From Candidatus Gottesmanbacteria bacterium (GTDB lineage: Bacteria; Patescibacteriota; Microgenomatia; UBA10105; UBA927): a stretch of DNA of 64,000 bases. The translations under genes and the position numbers were made by a program. Under the pieces are notes generated by a model. The model had not been told where the DNA came from. It saw only the letters and a list, made by a program, of their open reading frames with translations, and searched no databases. The DNA lies in contig JAHFKN010000002.1 in the NCBI GenBank assembly GCA_023245355.1, forward strand, positions 8,460 through 72,459, in the 5' to 3' direction. Shown in pieces: positions 9,177-19,621 of this stretch (position 1 is the first letter of the stretch; each line of letters starts with the position of its first letter).

Positions 9177-10556
9177 TTACGGCAGCAACGTCAGTTGTTC
9201 TTTACTCGTGTCGGCTACACCTTTTTCCCCGTCTTTCCATATTTTTACCACGCCGAATACCCCGTCATATCCCGGATCAATTGTCAGCTGTCCTTTTCGC
9301 ACTCTATCGATTCCTGCCGCTATACGCTCCCCTGCAACAGCCGCTATTGCCCGGGTATCGGCCTGAAGCAGTATAAAAAACTCATTTCCGACTTCGTCGG
9401 TCAGACGGGTATACGGTGCCTGAACTTTCGGACTGGCGACGGGAGATCCGATCGACTCAGCGATAATTTCAATAAGGGGTACCATCATGACAAACGGCGG
9501 GCGGTCCGGAAACGTATTACTTTTTGTCATACGCACGTTTGCGCTTCCTTTCCCGGCAGAGGCACCGGGTGATAAACGCAAATCCTCTTCTGTCCGGCCG
9601 GATAATTCTCCGACACGCTGCTCAACCCCCTGTGTCAGTGTTTTGCCGCACACAGGACAGGTGGTCCCGTTTTTGGCCGTTTCTTTCGGCCCCCAGCGGA
9701 TGGAGCACGCGCGGTGTCCGGACCAATGATATTTCCCCTCCTCCGGATAAAACTCTATCGTATACGAAATACGTGCTTTCAGCGTCTTTTCGTCTATGCC
9801 AAGACTCCGTGCGGAAATCGCATCATAAATATGCTGATAACTGAGTGTTTCGGCAGGTCCGTCCAATTCAAACACGGTTGCTTCTCTCCCGAGTTTCGGA
9901 CCGGAATGGGCGTCGGAAAACGACACGATGGCGCGTGAATCCAGCTCGGGTATCTGCCAATTCATCGACGGATTACTGGACAGCCCCGTCTCAACGGCAT
10001 AAATACGCGGCGCATACTGGCCAAATGCTTCTTCCAGGCTGGTGAATCCGCTCATGGATCCGAATACGGAAAACCACGGCGTCCACGCATGAGCCGGGAT
10101 AACCAACGCCTTCGGCTCGATCGAAAATACCAGTTCCGCTACATCGATGGACGTGAGTCCGATGATCGGCCGTCCGTCGCTTAATAAATTACATCCGCGC
10201 CTGGTCATTTCGCGGCTTATTTTCCGTGCAGAATCAATCGACGGAACCCATATCAGGGTATGTACCCGTCTCCCTTTCCCGTTCTGGGAATAAATACAGG
10301 AAACCTCCGTTGCAAGCAAAAACAGTGGTAGCGGGTTGTTGTCACTTGCGGACTTGAGACGGAGCAGGCCGTTTCCCGTCTCCTCCAGATCCCGCTCTAT
10401 TTCCCTAAACCACATCGGGTGCGTCCAGTCTCCCGTCGCAACCACACCGATCCCCTTGCGGCGCGCCCACATGGCAATATTGGGCAACGTCATGGCCGGC
10501 GATACGGCACGGGAAAACCGGGAGTGTATCTGAAGATCGGCAATTATTTCGCTCAT
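9177..10556 (-). CDS. PHP-domain protein, endonuclease Q-like
   Basis: N-terminal ADLQIHSRFS (PHP metal-binding HxH) and C-terminal CPVCG Zn-finger-like element. The architecture resembles EndoQ. Confidence 0.45.
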   Translation of the reverse strand: MSEIIADLQIHSRFSRAVSPAMTLPNIAMWARRKGIGVVATGDWTHPMWFREIERDLEETGNGLLRLKSASDNNPLPLFLLATEVSCIYSQNGKGRRVHTLIWVPSIDSARKISREMTRRGCNLLSDGRPIIGLTSIDVAELVFSIEPKALVIPAHAWTPWFSVFGSMSGFTSLEEAFGQYAPRIYAVETGLSSNPSMNWQIPELDSRAIVSFSDAHSGPKLGREATVFELDGPAETLSYQHIYDAISARSLGIDEKTLKARISYTIEFYPEEGKYHWSGHRACSIRWGPKETAKNGTTCPVCGKTLTQGVEQRVGELSGRTEEDLRLSPGASAGKGSANVRMTKSNTFPDRPPFVMMVPLIEIIAESIGSPVASPKVQAPYTRLTDEVGNEFFILLQADTRAIAAVAGERIAAGIDRVRKGQLTIDPGYDGVFGVVKIWKDGEKGVADTSKEQLTLLP

Positions 10557-11716
10557 GTATGGTTTTTAACAGTGTGTTTATACAGTGTTTCCAATTCCTT
10601 AAGCACCGTAGGTTTATGATGCAGAAGACTTATGTTTCTGCTTTCACTTCCCATGCGCTTCCGGAGCAGCTCATCTGTTGCTATCTTGTCCAGAGTGGAC
10701 GCAAGCGTTTTTACGTCAAGCGTATCCACCAATACACCGTTTTTTCCGTTCACTAATTCGGGCAATGCTCCGGCGCGCGCGGCAATAAGCGGCAGTCCGC
10801 ATGCTAAGGCCTGAAGTGCAACGATACTCTGCGTCTCGACAGGAGACATGATAACAAATGCGTCGGCCAGTTGGTATAAATCAATAATTGTCTGTTTTTT
10901 CACTTCATCCAACCAGGTGATATTCGTCAGCATGAGCGACTCAGCCAGCGCATGGAGACGCTCCTTTTGCCTCCCTACCCCGGCAATGACCAGATGCATC
11001 GGGGTCACAGCCAGTTTCACGCCACGGAGAATAGTTTCGATATTTTTGTCAGCATCCAGCCTTCCGATGTACAAAAATACGGGTATTTGTTTCGGTAAGC
11101 GGTATGTTGTCCGTAATGACGATGCGGGCCCGTTGCGGGGCACAAACATATCCGTATCCACACCGTTTGATACGGGATGAATGGATTCAGCGCGGCCGAT
11201 AAGCCGGGAAAGGTCATCTGCTGCCGTCCGGGTGGGTACCATAATCGCATCGTACATGGCATAAATAATACGGACGTACAGCTTCATAAACGGAACGCTT
11301 ATCCAGCGGATGTATACCGGCGCTACCTTCTCTACCTGCGTCCAGGAAAAATGCTGCGCTCCGACGACGGGCAGCCGGAATACTTTTGCCAGTATAAGCG
11401 CGGTAACTCCCAGTGATCCCGGCTCCTGGATATGAACGATATCAAATTTCTTGCTCCGAAACACGCGCTGGAGCACGGAAAACCCCAGCGGAAACAGCGT
11501 CATGGATTTGTTTACAAACAGTGCATCACTCACTCCCGGAGTGTAGATAATTTCCAAACCCTGCAACGGAGGCGCCGTGTACTCCCCGAGCGGCTTCGGG
11601 CACACCAGGGTGACGCTATGACCCTGAGAGGCCATAAAACGGACAATGGAATCGGTAGATGAAGCGACACCGCTTACCGTCGGAAGATAGACATCGGAAA
11701 CAAACAGGATGTTCAT
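10553..11716 (-). CDS. Glycosyltransferase family 4 (GT-B)
   Basis: MNILFVSDVYLPTVSGVA N-terminus and a C-terminal GT4 EX7E-like region. Confidence 0.8.
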   Translation of the reverse strand: MNILFVSDVYLPTVSGVASSTDSIVRFMASQGHSVTLVCPKPLGEYTAPPLQGLEIIYTPGVSDALFVNKSMTLFPLGFSVLQRVFRSKKFDIVHIQEPGSLGVTALILAKVFRLPVVGAQHFSWTQVEKVAPVYIRWISVPFMKLYVRIIYAMYDAIMVPTRTAADDLSRLIGRAESIHPVSNGVDTDMFVPRNGPASSLRTTYRLPKQIPVFLYIGRLDADKNIETILRGVKLAVTPMHLVIAGVGRQKERLHALAESLMLTNITWLDEVKKQTIIDLYQLADAFVIMSPVETQSIVALQALACGLPLIAARAGALPELVNGKNGVLVDTLDVKTLASTLDKIATDELLRKRMGSESRNISLLHHKPTVLKELETLYKHTVKNHT

Positions 11717-11746
11717 TGGTATACTTCGAGTATACCCGTTAGGTCC

Positions 11747-12565
11747 TCAGTCAAACAACTCATGCATCAACTCGCGTAATTTCCGCTCATAGGTTTTAAG
11801 CATGGTAGAGCGGATCTTCTTTTTTTTGGCATACATATGTCCTCCCATGATATATCCGGGCATATGTTTAAACGGTCGCTTAAACAGCAGGATCGGCAGC
11901 ATCGAAAGGATATACTGATTCATAATTTTCATCTTGCTCTCTCTCCTGATCCGCCGCATCGACCACACATAAAGTGTCTCACGCGCCATGGATAATATGA
12001 CGCCACGCGCGGCTAGCCGCAACCCTAAGTCTACGTCCTCATTAAATGCGTGCGTTTCATCATACCCGTCAACGGAACGGAACACGTCGGCGCGCACGAC
12101 GGTAAGAGGCCCCGGAGCTGCCGGGCGTTTAAACAATACTGCTGCTTCCCAATATATATTGGTTAATAACGTGAAAATAGCATCATTGACCAGATCCGAA
12201 TCTACTTTTGCCCACGTGCTGAACAACTTCGGCTTGCTCTCCTGTATAAAAATCCGGATTCGCTCCATAAAGTATGGCAGCAGAATACTGTCTGCATCCA
12301 CAAACGCCAACCATTCCCCCTTTGCCGCACGCGCCCCCATATTCCGCTGCAGCGGCAAACTGGGCGTTTTACTGACCAGCACATGAAGCGAGGGAATCTT
12401 TGACACATACTTCTTTGCCAATTCGACCGTGCGGTCTTTCGAAGATCCGTCTACGACGATTACCTCAAAATCCTTTACCTGCTGCACGGCAAGAGAATCC
12501 AGCAGTTTCGGCAAAAATTTCTCTTCATTGAGCGTCGGAATAATTACAGATAAAAACGGTTTCAT
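11747..12565 (-). CDS. Glycosyltransferase family 2
   Basis: LSVIIPTLNEEKFLPKLLDSL and DxD-containing region VVDGSSKD. Start placed at MKPFLS; the ORF extends to 12631. Confidence 0.8.
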   Translation of the reverse strand: MKPFLSVIIPTLNEEKFLPKLLDSLAVQQVKDFEVIVVDGSSKDRTVELAKKYVSKIPSLHVLVSKTPSLPLQRNMGARAAKGEWLAFVDADSILLPYFMERIRIFIQESKPKLFSTWAKVDSDLVNDAIFTLLTNIYWEAAVLFKRPAAPGPLTVVRADVFRSVDGYDETHAFNEDVDLGLRLAARGVILSMARETLYVWSMRRIRRESKMKIMNQYILSMLPILLFKRPFKHMPGYIMGGHMYAKKKKIRSTMLKTYERKLRELMHELFD

Positions 12566-12644
12566 ACGGATGTCCCGGGCAGGCCCGGATTCCACTTCCC
12601 GGATTATACGAAGAAAGCCGGTATGGAGCAACTCTGCCGGCTGG

Positions 12645-14372
12645 CTATTTCTTGGTGTGGCTCATCTGATTTTCAAACATCCGGGTCAATTCGGAAACGG
12701 TTGTCGCGTCAGCCGGCCGCTTGTCTTTCCGTATGCGTACCAACCTCGGAAACCGGACTGCATAGCCGGCTCCGTGCGTCGGAGACTTTGTCAGGTCATC
12801 ACCGGCCAATTCGACCACAATCAGAGGACGTGTCCAGACGTCAGGAATAAGCGTTTTATGCACAGCATCGTACTCCTTGGGCACGCCCCTCACCTCTATA
12901 GCATGCAGCTGCTTTTGCAGTGTTTTCCACAACGCGTCGGTAACTCCCGTACCTATCTTGGTAACCGTCTCGAACTGTTCCCCTTTCCTCACTCCGACCA
13001 GAAGCGCACCGATCCCGAAACCGGTACGCTTTCCCTCCCCTAAGTAATATCCCATAACCACTGCGTCAATCGTGTCCGTAAGCTTTCCATCTTTCCCTTC
13101 CTCTTCTTTGAATTTCACCCAGCTGTATCCCCTTCTTCCCGGTTCATACAGGCTGTTCCATTTTTTGACAACAACACCCTCCAGTCCCACCCGCAGCTGT
13201 TCATCATGGTACCGTCTCAACTCGTCGGCTTTATCGGTTACTATCTGCGGGGAAATGGAAAGGAGCCGGCCGGGCTTCACCGTGTGTTCCAGTATGCTGC
13301 GGCGCTCTGAAAGAGGAGTAGATAGAAAATCCTTCCCGTCTTTGTAGAGGATGTCAAAAACAAAAAAGCGTAAAGGAACGCTTTTTCTCGCTTCATCGAT
13401 ATCGTGTTTCCGCTTCCGTGTTGATGTTTCCTGAAACGACGAAATCTTGCCCGTGACAGGATCCAGGCCAACTGCTTCACAGTCTAATATCGCCTCCCGC
13501 GCATCCACCTCTTTTCCGATTTCCGATAATTCAGGAAACATATCCGTTGTCGGCTCTAAATTCCGTGAATACGTGCTGATTTTTACTCCTCCGTTTCGCG
13601 CACGGATCACATGAATTTGCACCCGTACACCGTCATATTTGGGTTCCACGGCGACATTTCCCATCTTTTTAATCATTTCTGCGGCATTGGGAAGACGCTG
13701 ACAAAGTTCAGCCAGTACGGGCGAACCGACGCGTGCACGTACGTGAGAGAGTCCCGCAATCCCTTCTTTTTTTACGGTTTCAGAAATGTACCCTATGTCC
13801 GGCCGGACGTTGTATGCATCCTCAAGCCTGCTGCGCAGAGACTTGTCGCCTGCCAGCATCCAGGAAAGACTGTCGAGTATAGTCATTTCGGAAAACCCGA
13901 GACGGAGCTTGTCGAGCGGTATGCGGACGATATAGCATGCAGCCGTAGCATCGACGCGTTTTAACATATCAGCAAGCAACTGAATCTTTTTCTCCTGTGA
14001 TCCGGTACCATTGGTTTCGGCAATGGCTCTCAATTGTATGTAGGCATCCGTTACTTCCAGTTTCTCCGTTTTTCCCGTATGCAACGCCGAGGCGGTTTTT
14101 CCTAAATCCCCGTGTTCCTTAAATGTTTTGAGGACAACGCTTTGATCTGCTCCGTACGCCAATGCAATGGCCCGGATCATAAATTTATCTGCCATTCCGA
14201 ATTCCGTTTCCTCGTACAGCGGTGCTACCCTCCCCTGAAGCAAATAGCATAATTTACCGATTTCATCTGCCGAGGCACGCCGGAACAAGTCTGCCAGCAA
14301 CTCGGTGATGGTATTCCTGGAGCTGGTTTCGTCTAACTTCTGAAGATAAACCGCAAGCTGGGAGAATAACAT
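12645..14372 (-). CDS. ATP-dependent DNA ligase (Lig I-like)
   Basis: Adenylation motif I KYDGVRVQIH, an N-terminal DNA-binding domain and a C-terminal OB domain. Confidence 0.85.
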   Translation of the reverse strand: MLFSQLAVYLQKLDETSSRNTITELLADLFRRASADEIGKLCYLLQGRVAPLYEETEFGMADKFMIRAIALAYGADQSVVLKTFKEHGDLGKTASALHTGKTEKLEVTDAYIQLRAIAETNGTGSQEKKIQLLADMLKRVDATAACYIVRIPLDKLRLGFSEMTILDSLSWMLAGDKSLRSRLEDAYNVRPDIGYISETVKKEGIAGLSHVRARVGSPVLAELCQRLPNAAEMIKKMGNVAVEPKYDGVRVQIHVIRARNGGVKISTYSRNLEPTTDMFPELSEIGKEVDAREAILDCEAVGLDPVTGKISSFQETSTRKRKHDIDEARKSVPLRFFVFDILYKDGKDFLSTPLSERRSILEHTVKPGRLLSISPQIVTDKADELRRYHDEQLRVGLEGVVVKKWNSLYEPGRRGYSWVKFKEEEGKDGKLTDTIDAVVMGYYLGEGKRTGFGIGALLVGVRKGEQFETVTKIGTGVTDALWKTLQKQLHAIEVRGVPKEYDAVHKTLIPDVWTRPLIVVELAGDDLTKSPTHGAGYAVRFPRLVRIRKDKRPADATTVSELTRMFENQMSHTKK

Positions 14373-14442
14373 TTCGACAAGTATCAGGTATCAGGTTCCC
14401 GGTGTCAAGAAAATAGTTCCTGACACATGACACTCGACACAA

Positions 14443-14628
14443 TCAACGGATAAAAAACCAATATGCACCTGCGATAAGCACCAGTAAAAATATTCCCAAT
14501 CCTATGGCGACAGGGCCGTCTTTTTCTTCTTTAAGCATTTTGCTGATCCCCTGCCCCACGACGGTAAGAGCGAAAAACGTCGGGATAATCATCATTGAGT
14601 ACGTAATTGCGGGACTCGATAAATCCAT
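14443..14628 (-). CDS. Small two-helix membrane protein
   Basis: 61 aa with two hydrophobic helices, downstream of fic. Confidence 0.3.
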   Translation of the reverse strand: MDLSSPAITYSMMIIPTFFALTVVGQGISKMLKEEKDGPVAIGLGIFLLVLIAGAYWFFIR

Positions 14629-14645
14629 ATGTTGCTTCCGGCCGT

Positions 14646-15731
14646 TTATGTCCTGAGGACATACTTCGCGCCTTTTGTAGACCCCTCTTTTTTGACTATA
14701 CCTTTTTTCAGTAAGTCCTTCAATTCACGCAGTACGGTATCCTCCGACACCTGTGGGAATAACTCAAAAAACGCCTTGTTCTGTAAAAATCCCTGCTCCT
14801 GAATAAATTCCATAATCTTGATTTGCCGTTCCGTAAGGGACAACTGCTGACCCCCCAAGGATTTCTTGATTTTAAGATCCGTTGAAAGCGACTTCACCTT
14901 ATCTTTTATGCGGGTCAGTTCAATCGCCAGCCCCTCCGTAAAATATTCCAGCCATGCATTGAGATTTCCCTGACTCTTCCCGACACTCTGCAGCGCATCA
15001 TAATAATTCATCGGTTCCCGGTCATAATACTCCTCAAGGGAGAAAAACCGCTTGATATCGTACCCCTCGCTGAACAATATGAGGGTGGCTACCGCGCGGG
15101 CTACCCTCCCGTTTCCGTCAAGGAACGGATGGATGCGCACGAGCTCATAATGGACCATACCTGCCTTTAACGCAGGGTGGAGGTCGTCAGAACCCACGCT
15201 GTTGACCCAATCGACAAAATCAGCCAGAAGAAACGGCACTTCGACTGCGGGCGGCGGGCGGAACGTCACCTCACCGGTCTGGGCATTTTTCACGACAACC
15301 TGGGTTTTTCTGTATTCGCCTACCTGCCCGTCTGCCAGCATCCGGTGAGCGACCAGTGCATGCAGATGTTTTATGACTTCTTCGGAAATGTTTTTCCCCT
15401 GAAAGTCGCCGATAAACTTTAGAACGTTCCGATAATTCAATACCTCCTGAATATCGCGTTCCCTTCCTACGATAGTATGCCCGGCCAGCACTTTTTCGGC
15501 CTCGGTTTTAGACAGGTCATTCCCCTCTATATGCGTTCCGTGGTGCACGGTGCGCACCAGCGCTTCTTCCCGGAATTTTGCCTCCCATGCGGGAACAAGC
15601 GGACTGTTTTCAATCACTTCTTTGGCCGCTTCGATAATGCCGATCGTTTTGAGGATTTTATTGGTGATCGTAAATTGAGGCTGGTACATAATCAGATTAT
15701 TTCCCGCACTATTCCTGTATAATACCCGCAT
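14646..15731 (-). CDS. Fic-family protein (AMPylation motif) with C-terminal winged-helix
   Basis: Canonical HPFLDGNGRVARA Fic motif. A possible inhibitory element THIEGN lies upstream. Alternative start MYQPQF at 15689. Confidence 0.85.
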   Translation of the reverse strand: MRVLYRNSAGNNLIMYQPQFTITNKILKTIGIIEAAKEVIENSPLVPAWEAKFREEALVRTVHHGTHIEGNDLSKTEAEKVLAGHTIVGRERDIQEVLNYRNVLKFIGDFQGKNISEEVIKHLHALVAHRMLADGQVGEYRKTQVVVKNAQTGEVTFRPPPAVEVPFLLADFVDWVNSVGSDDLHPALKAGMVHYELVRIHPFLDGNGRVARAVATLILFSEGYDIKRFFSLEEYYDREPMNYYDALQSVGKSQGNLNAWLEYFTEGLAIELTRIKDKVKSLSTDLKIKKSLGGQQLSLTERQIKIMEFIQEQGFLQNKAFFELFPQVSEDTVLRELKDLLKKGIVKKEGSTKGAKYVLRT

Positions 15732-15773
15732 TCATATACCATTGCAACAGTAAAACCGGGAAAGTATCCCGTA

Positions 15774-16637
15774 TTACGGGTAAAACAGCCGGCGCAGTGT
15801 TTTGGGTATCTGGGAAGCCAGATCGGATGCGTTGTAGAAAGGGCCGACCGCGGCATACAGATCATCACCTGCAGTTTTATTTATCAGGCTTCCGGCAATT
15901 ACTGCGAGCATCGGATCGTTTTTACAGGCCAGTGCTGCGATAAGACCGGCCAGAACATCCCCGGTCCCCCCTTTCGTCATTCCTTCGTTTCCTCCGTCGA
16001 TTTGCCGGAGTTCACCCGGCATACATACGCGCGCATCACAATCCCCGCCGGAGCTGGCAATATCAACCTGCCCCTTTAACAGGACGACACAGTGATATTG
16101 TTTGGCAAATAGCTTCACACGATCCTCATCCAGCGTTGCCTCTGAAAATCCGGGGTTCAGTACAAGCGCTTTTTCCCATAGCCCGGCAAACTCAAAATGA
16201 TGCGGGGTAAGCACCGCGTTCCTGGGAATATCGGTAAGCCGGAGCATCTGAAGCGCTCCTGCGTCTATAACCCATTGTTTATGAGGATATGTCACAAGCA
16301 GCTTATGCGTAAGTTCATCGGTTTCAGCATCCCGCGTCATACCGGGACCGATCAGGATACAATCATCTTCGGTAATATACGCATCAATCTCGCTTCGGGG
16401 AACGACGATGCCGTTGCGGAACTGTTTTTTGGCCTGCAGCACCAGATCGTTATTTTCCGGAACGGAAGAATAATGTACGAGGTCAACAATCCGTGAAGCG
16501 ACCTCCAGCGCCCACATACTGGCGGCATGAAAAAGATGGCTCCCCCCGACAATAAGCAGTCTGCCGTTCTGCCCTTTGTGCGAGCCTGGTTTCGCAATGA
16601 ATAGCGTGTGTAAATCCTGGCGGGTAACGTGTTTCAT
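15774..16637 (-). CDS. nnrD: ADP-dependent NAD(P)H-hydrate dehydratase (YjeF C-terminal-domain family)
   Basis: Carbohydrate-kinase-like YjeF-C motifs GGSHLFHAA and GTGDVLAG. Confidence 0.75.
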   Translation of the reverse strand: MKHVTRQDLHTLFIAKPGSHKGQNGRLLIVGGSHLFHAASMWALEVASRIVDLVHYSSVPENNDLVLQAKKQFRNGIVVPRSEIDAYITEDDCILIGPGMTRDAETDELTHKLLVTYPHKQWVIDAGALQMLRLTDIPRNAVLTPHHFEFAGLWEKALVLNPGFSEATLDEDRVKLFAKQYHCVVLLKGQVDIASSGGDCDARVCMPGELRQIDGGNEGMTKGGTGDVLAGLIAALACKNDPMLAVIAGSLINKTAGDDLYAAVGPFYNASDLASQIPKTLRRLFYP

Positions 16638-16645
16638 AGTAGCTA

Positions 16646-17710
16646 TTATAATCGAACAATCGCAGCCTCACTCTGTATTTCCTGCGGCAGAGAGGTAAAA
16701 TCTGCGCTCGTAATAATCGTTTGTTGTTTTTTGGTAAGCTCGCCTACCAGCGCCCGGTGTTTTTCATCCAGCTCGGAAAAAATATCATCCAGAAGCAGAA
16801 TGGGCCTGGACCCGGTTGTCTGCTCGATAAACGAAAGTTCTGCCAATTTAAGCCATAATACGGCAAGTCGCTGTTCTCCTCTGCTTCCGAATTTATTTAA
16901 ATCCCTAAAGCTGTCACTCTCCGCTATGTGCGCATGTTCTTCCAAACTTAACATGTGAAAATCATCCCGATGAGGTCCCACAAGCGTTGATTTTGCCGCG
17001 ACCTCTTCTTCTTTGTATTGTAACAGCCTCGCTTCGGAAATCACGCTTTTATCGTATGCGATAAGAAACCGGTGGTTATACAGATCCGTCGCATTTACAA
17101 ACGCTATGTACGCTGCCCGCTTCTCAGTGATATAGGTTCCGGCCCGTATAAGGAGTTGATCCCAAAACAGTAGCTGTGAACGCGAAGCCGTACCTTCATT
17201 AATAAGATCAAGCAGTTTGTTTCGTTGTCTTACCCCGCGCTCATAGGATACGAGGTTTCGCCGGTACTCACGGTCTGCCTGCATAAGGACGGTATCCAGG
17301 TATTTCCGGCGTATACTCGGACTGTCGGTTACGATTTCCAGATCTTCCGGCCAAAACAACACGGCTCTCAACAATCCCACAAAATCGATCATGCGGCGCG
17401 ACACGCCGTTTACCAGATACTTTTTAAGCGGTGCGGGCTGTCCGGAGATTACCCCCGTCGTCAGCATGATTTCAATTTTTTCTCCGTCAAACCGGCCGTG
17501 TATACGCGCGATATCTCCTCCCCATTGGATCACCTCACGGTCTAATCCTGCGCGGAAACTTTTTCCGGTTGCCAGCATCATGATTGCTTCCAGCACATTC
17601 GTTTTTCCGATTGCGTTCGGTCCTACAATGCACGTAGTGCCCTCAGAAAAATTCCAGGTTTTTTTCGCGTAGCTGCGGAAGTTTACCAATGCGAGCGACG
17701 TTAACGTCAT
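16646..17710 (-). CDS. recF: DNA replication and repair protein RecF
   Basis: NFRSY...VGPNAIGKTNVLEAI Walker A and SMC-like signature region. Confidence 0.9.
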   Translation of the reverse strand: MTLTSLALVNFRSYAKKTWNFSEGTTCIVGPNAIGKTNVLEAIMMLATGKSFRAGLDREVIQWGGDIARIHGRFDGEKIEIMLTTGVISGQPAPLKKYLVNGVSRRMIDFVGLLRAVLFWPEDLEIVTDSPSIRRKYLDTVLMQADREYRRNLVSYERGVRQRNKLLDLINEGTASRSQLLFWDQLLIRAGTYITEKRAAYIAFVNATDLYNHRFLIAYDKSVISEARLLQYKEEEVAAKSTLVGPHRDDFHMLSLEEHAHIAESDSFRDLNKFGSRGEQRLAVLWLKLAELSFIEQTTGSRPILLLDDIFSELDEKHRALVGELTKKQQTIITSADFTSLPQEIQSEAAIVRL

Positions 17711-17716
17711 GTGGAT

Positions 17717-18418
17717 TTACGTGATGGTCGTTCCGACAAACGGCTTACCATCCAGCGCGAGTTCGAGATTTTCTAAATTCTTTCCGTTTACAATCTTTAC
17801 CGTTACATCCAGATCCTGGGCGAGCTTACTGGCAATCGGATCAAACGGCGCATTCATTCCGGGTTTCCATGTGTCCCCCACCATATTCCTGTATTCCTCC
17901 CAGGAAATATTCGTAATCGCTTTAGCATCATTGAATTTATTGGGGTCCTTGTCGTATACCTGGTCGACGTTAGTCATATTCACAACCTGCTTAAGTCCGT
18001 AATCCTGACACACCGTAACGGCGCAATAATCCGTACTCCACCCCGGTTTCCATCCCGCGGCAATCGCAACGGGTGACTGAATCTTTAAAATAATTTCGTA
18101 GTGCTTGATCACCCTCGGATCAGCCAGATCCTGAAATATTGCGCGCATAAGCTGTGCATTCAGGCGGGTCGCATGAACCCCAAGCCAATCGGCATCCGTA
18201 TCGCTCAGGTCATGTTTGCGCACAACACGAGCCGCCTTTTGATAATCCCGGGTAATTGCTCCCCCTCCCACTGTTATAAAAAATCTCCTGTTTCGTGAGG
18301 AGACTTGACGGCGGATAAACTCATGAAATTCGGTAAGAAATACGGTATCGATACCGCCATGAGGGATAATAAGGGATCCGCCTAACGAAAGAACGAAGAC
18401 TTCTGGATCTTGTGCCAT
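17717..18418 (-). CDS. Amino-acid-kinase-family protein, archaeal-type UMP kinase-like
   Basis: VFVLSLGGSLI, FITVGGG and VDQVYDKDPNKFNDAK. Start placed at MAQDPE; the ORF extends to 18472. Confidence 0.6.
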   Translation of the reverse strand: MAQDPEVFVLSLGGSLIIPHGGIDTVFLTEFHEFIRRQVSSRNRRFFITVGGGAITRDYQKAARVVRKHDLSDTDADWLGVHATRLNAQLMRAIFQDLADPRVIKHYEIILKIQSPVAIAAGWKPGWSTDYCAVTVCQDYGLKQVVNMTNVDQVYDKDPNKFNDAKAITNISWEEYRNMVGDTWKPGMNAPFDPIASKLAQDLDVTVKIVNGKNLENLELALDGKPFVGTTIT

Positions 18419-18512
18419 CAATATGCTCCTTGTAAATTTCAGCTTGCCGGTGATTTTTATCCTATCACACACTTATACATTCTCAAAGCGGCCCGTCACG
18501 GACTCTTCCGCC

Positions 18513-19616
18513 TTAGCGCGTGTGCTTTTCGATAAATTCCAGCAATGCTTTTTTAAAATGTTCGGCGGAAAATGACCGCGCGCGCGCTTTGCTTGCTTCA
18601 AACCAATCAACGCGCATCCGTTCAAACCGGGCGATAGCCGAAACAAGCGACGGGACATCCGAATCGGTAAAAAATACGCCGGTTTGCCCGTCTACCACGG
18701 TTTCTTTCACTCCCCCCTGATACAACGCGATGACAGGCGTCCCGTGCGCCATGGATTCAATCGGGACCATGCCGAAATCCTCATCCAATGCGGAAAATAT
18801 TGTCGCTTTAGCATTCGCGTATAAACGCGAAAGCTCTTGATCGGACACCGATCCCAGAAATTCTACGGTGGGACCTGCCAGCGCACGTAAATGTTGTTCC
18901 TCAGGACCCGTACCGACTATTTTCAGCGGGAACTTGCGCATATTGGCCGCTTTTACGACAAGATCCGTTTGTTTGGCCCACACTAATCTTCCCACGGAAA
19001 GATAGTACTCTTTCCGTGCATGAGGCCGGATCTGCTGCTCACGTACGGAAGCTATCGGAGGATAAATGACGACGGATTCCCTGCGATAAAACTTTTCGAC
19101 TCTCCGCTTCGTTTCATTTGAATTCGCAATAAAATAATCGACGTGCTGCGCTGTTTTATAGTCGTACTGCCGCATAAAAAAATTAATGAGGGTTGCGTAC
19201 GCGCGGACGAGGGCATATTTTTGAAATGTCCGGCCGGTCGGATATCCGTAAAGATTTCTCGGCGGATGATGGATATAACAAATATGAACGGCCGGTTTAC
19301 GCACCTTTACTCCCCTGCAGATAAACCATCCGCTACTGGAGATGACAACGTCATACCCTGACAGATCAAAACTTTCCCACACCTGGGGAGCCAGAAACCG
19401 AAGCGGTGAATGCAGTGCTTTTACGAGAGGATTTTTTTGTACCCAGCTGGTGCGGATATCCCACCCGCGGAACCGCTCAGCATGCGCTCCCAGCGATTTC
19501 CAGTCCACAAACGAGGTGTAAAGCGGAGCGGCCGGCCAGAGGTCGTGTAGGGCCTCTACAACGCGTTCTGCGCCGCCGTACTCCCGTAGATAGTCATGAA
19601 CAAGGGCGATCTTCAT
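18513..19616 (-). CDS. Glycosyltransferase family 4
   Basis: MKIALVHDYLREYGGAERV, typical of GT4 enzymes. Confidence 0.8.
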   Translation of the reverse strand: MKIALVHDYLREYGGAERVVEALHDLWPAAPLYTSFVDWKSLGAHAERFRGWDIRTSWVQKNPLVKALHSPLRFLAPQVWESFDLSGYDVVISSSGWFICRGVKVRKPAVHICYIHHPPRNLYGYPTGRTFQKYALVRAYATLINFFMRQYDYKTAQHVDYFIANSNETKRRVEKFYRRESVVIYPPIASVREQQIRPHARKEYYLSVGRLVWAKQTDLVVKAANMRKFPLKIVGTGPEEQHLRALAGPTVEFLGSVSDQELSRLYANAKATIFSALDEDFGMVPIESMAHGTPVIALYQGGVKETVVDGQTGVFFTDSDVPSLVSAIARFERMRVDWFEASKARARSFSAEHFKKALLEFIEKHTR

Positions 19617-19621
19617 TGTAG

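Noticed and set aside
14385-14425. GTGTCA-N13-TGACAC hairpin between the DNA ligase and the small membrane gene
   Set aside because: Weak 6-bp stem with a long loop and no flanking U-run on the relevant strand. Probably not a terminator.
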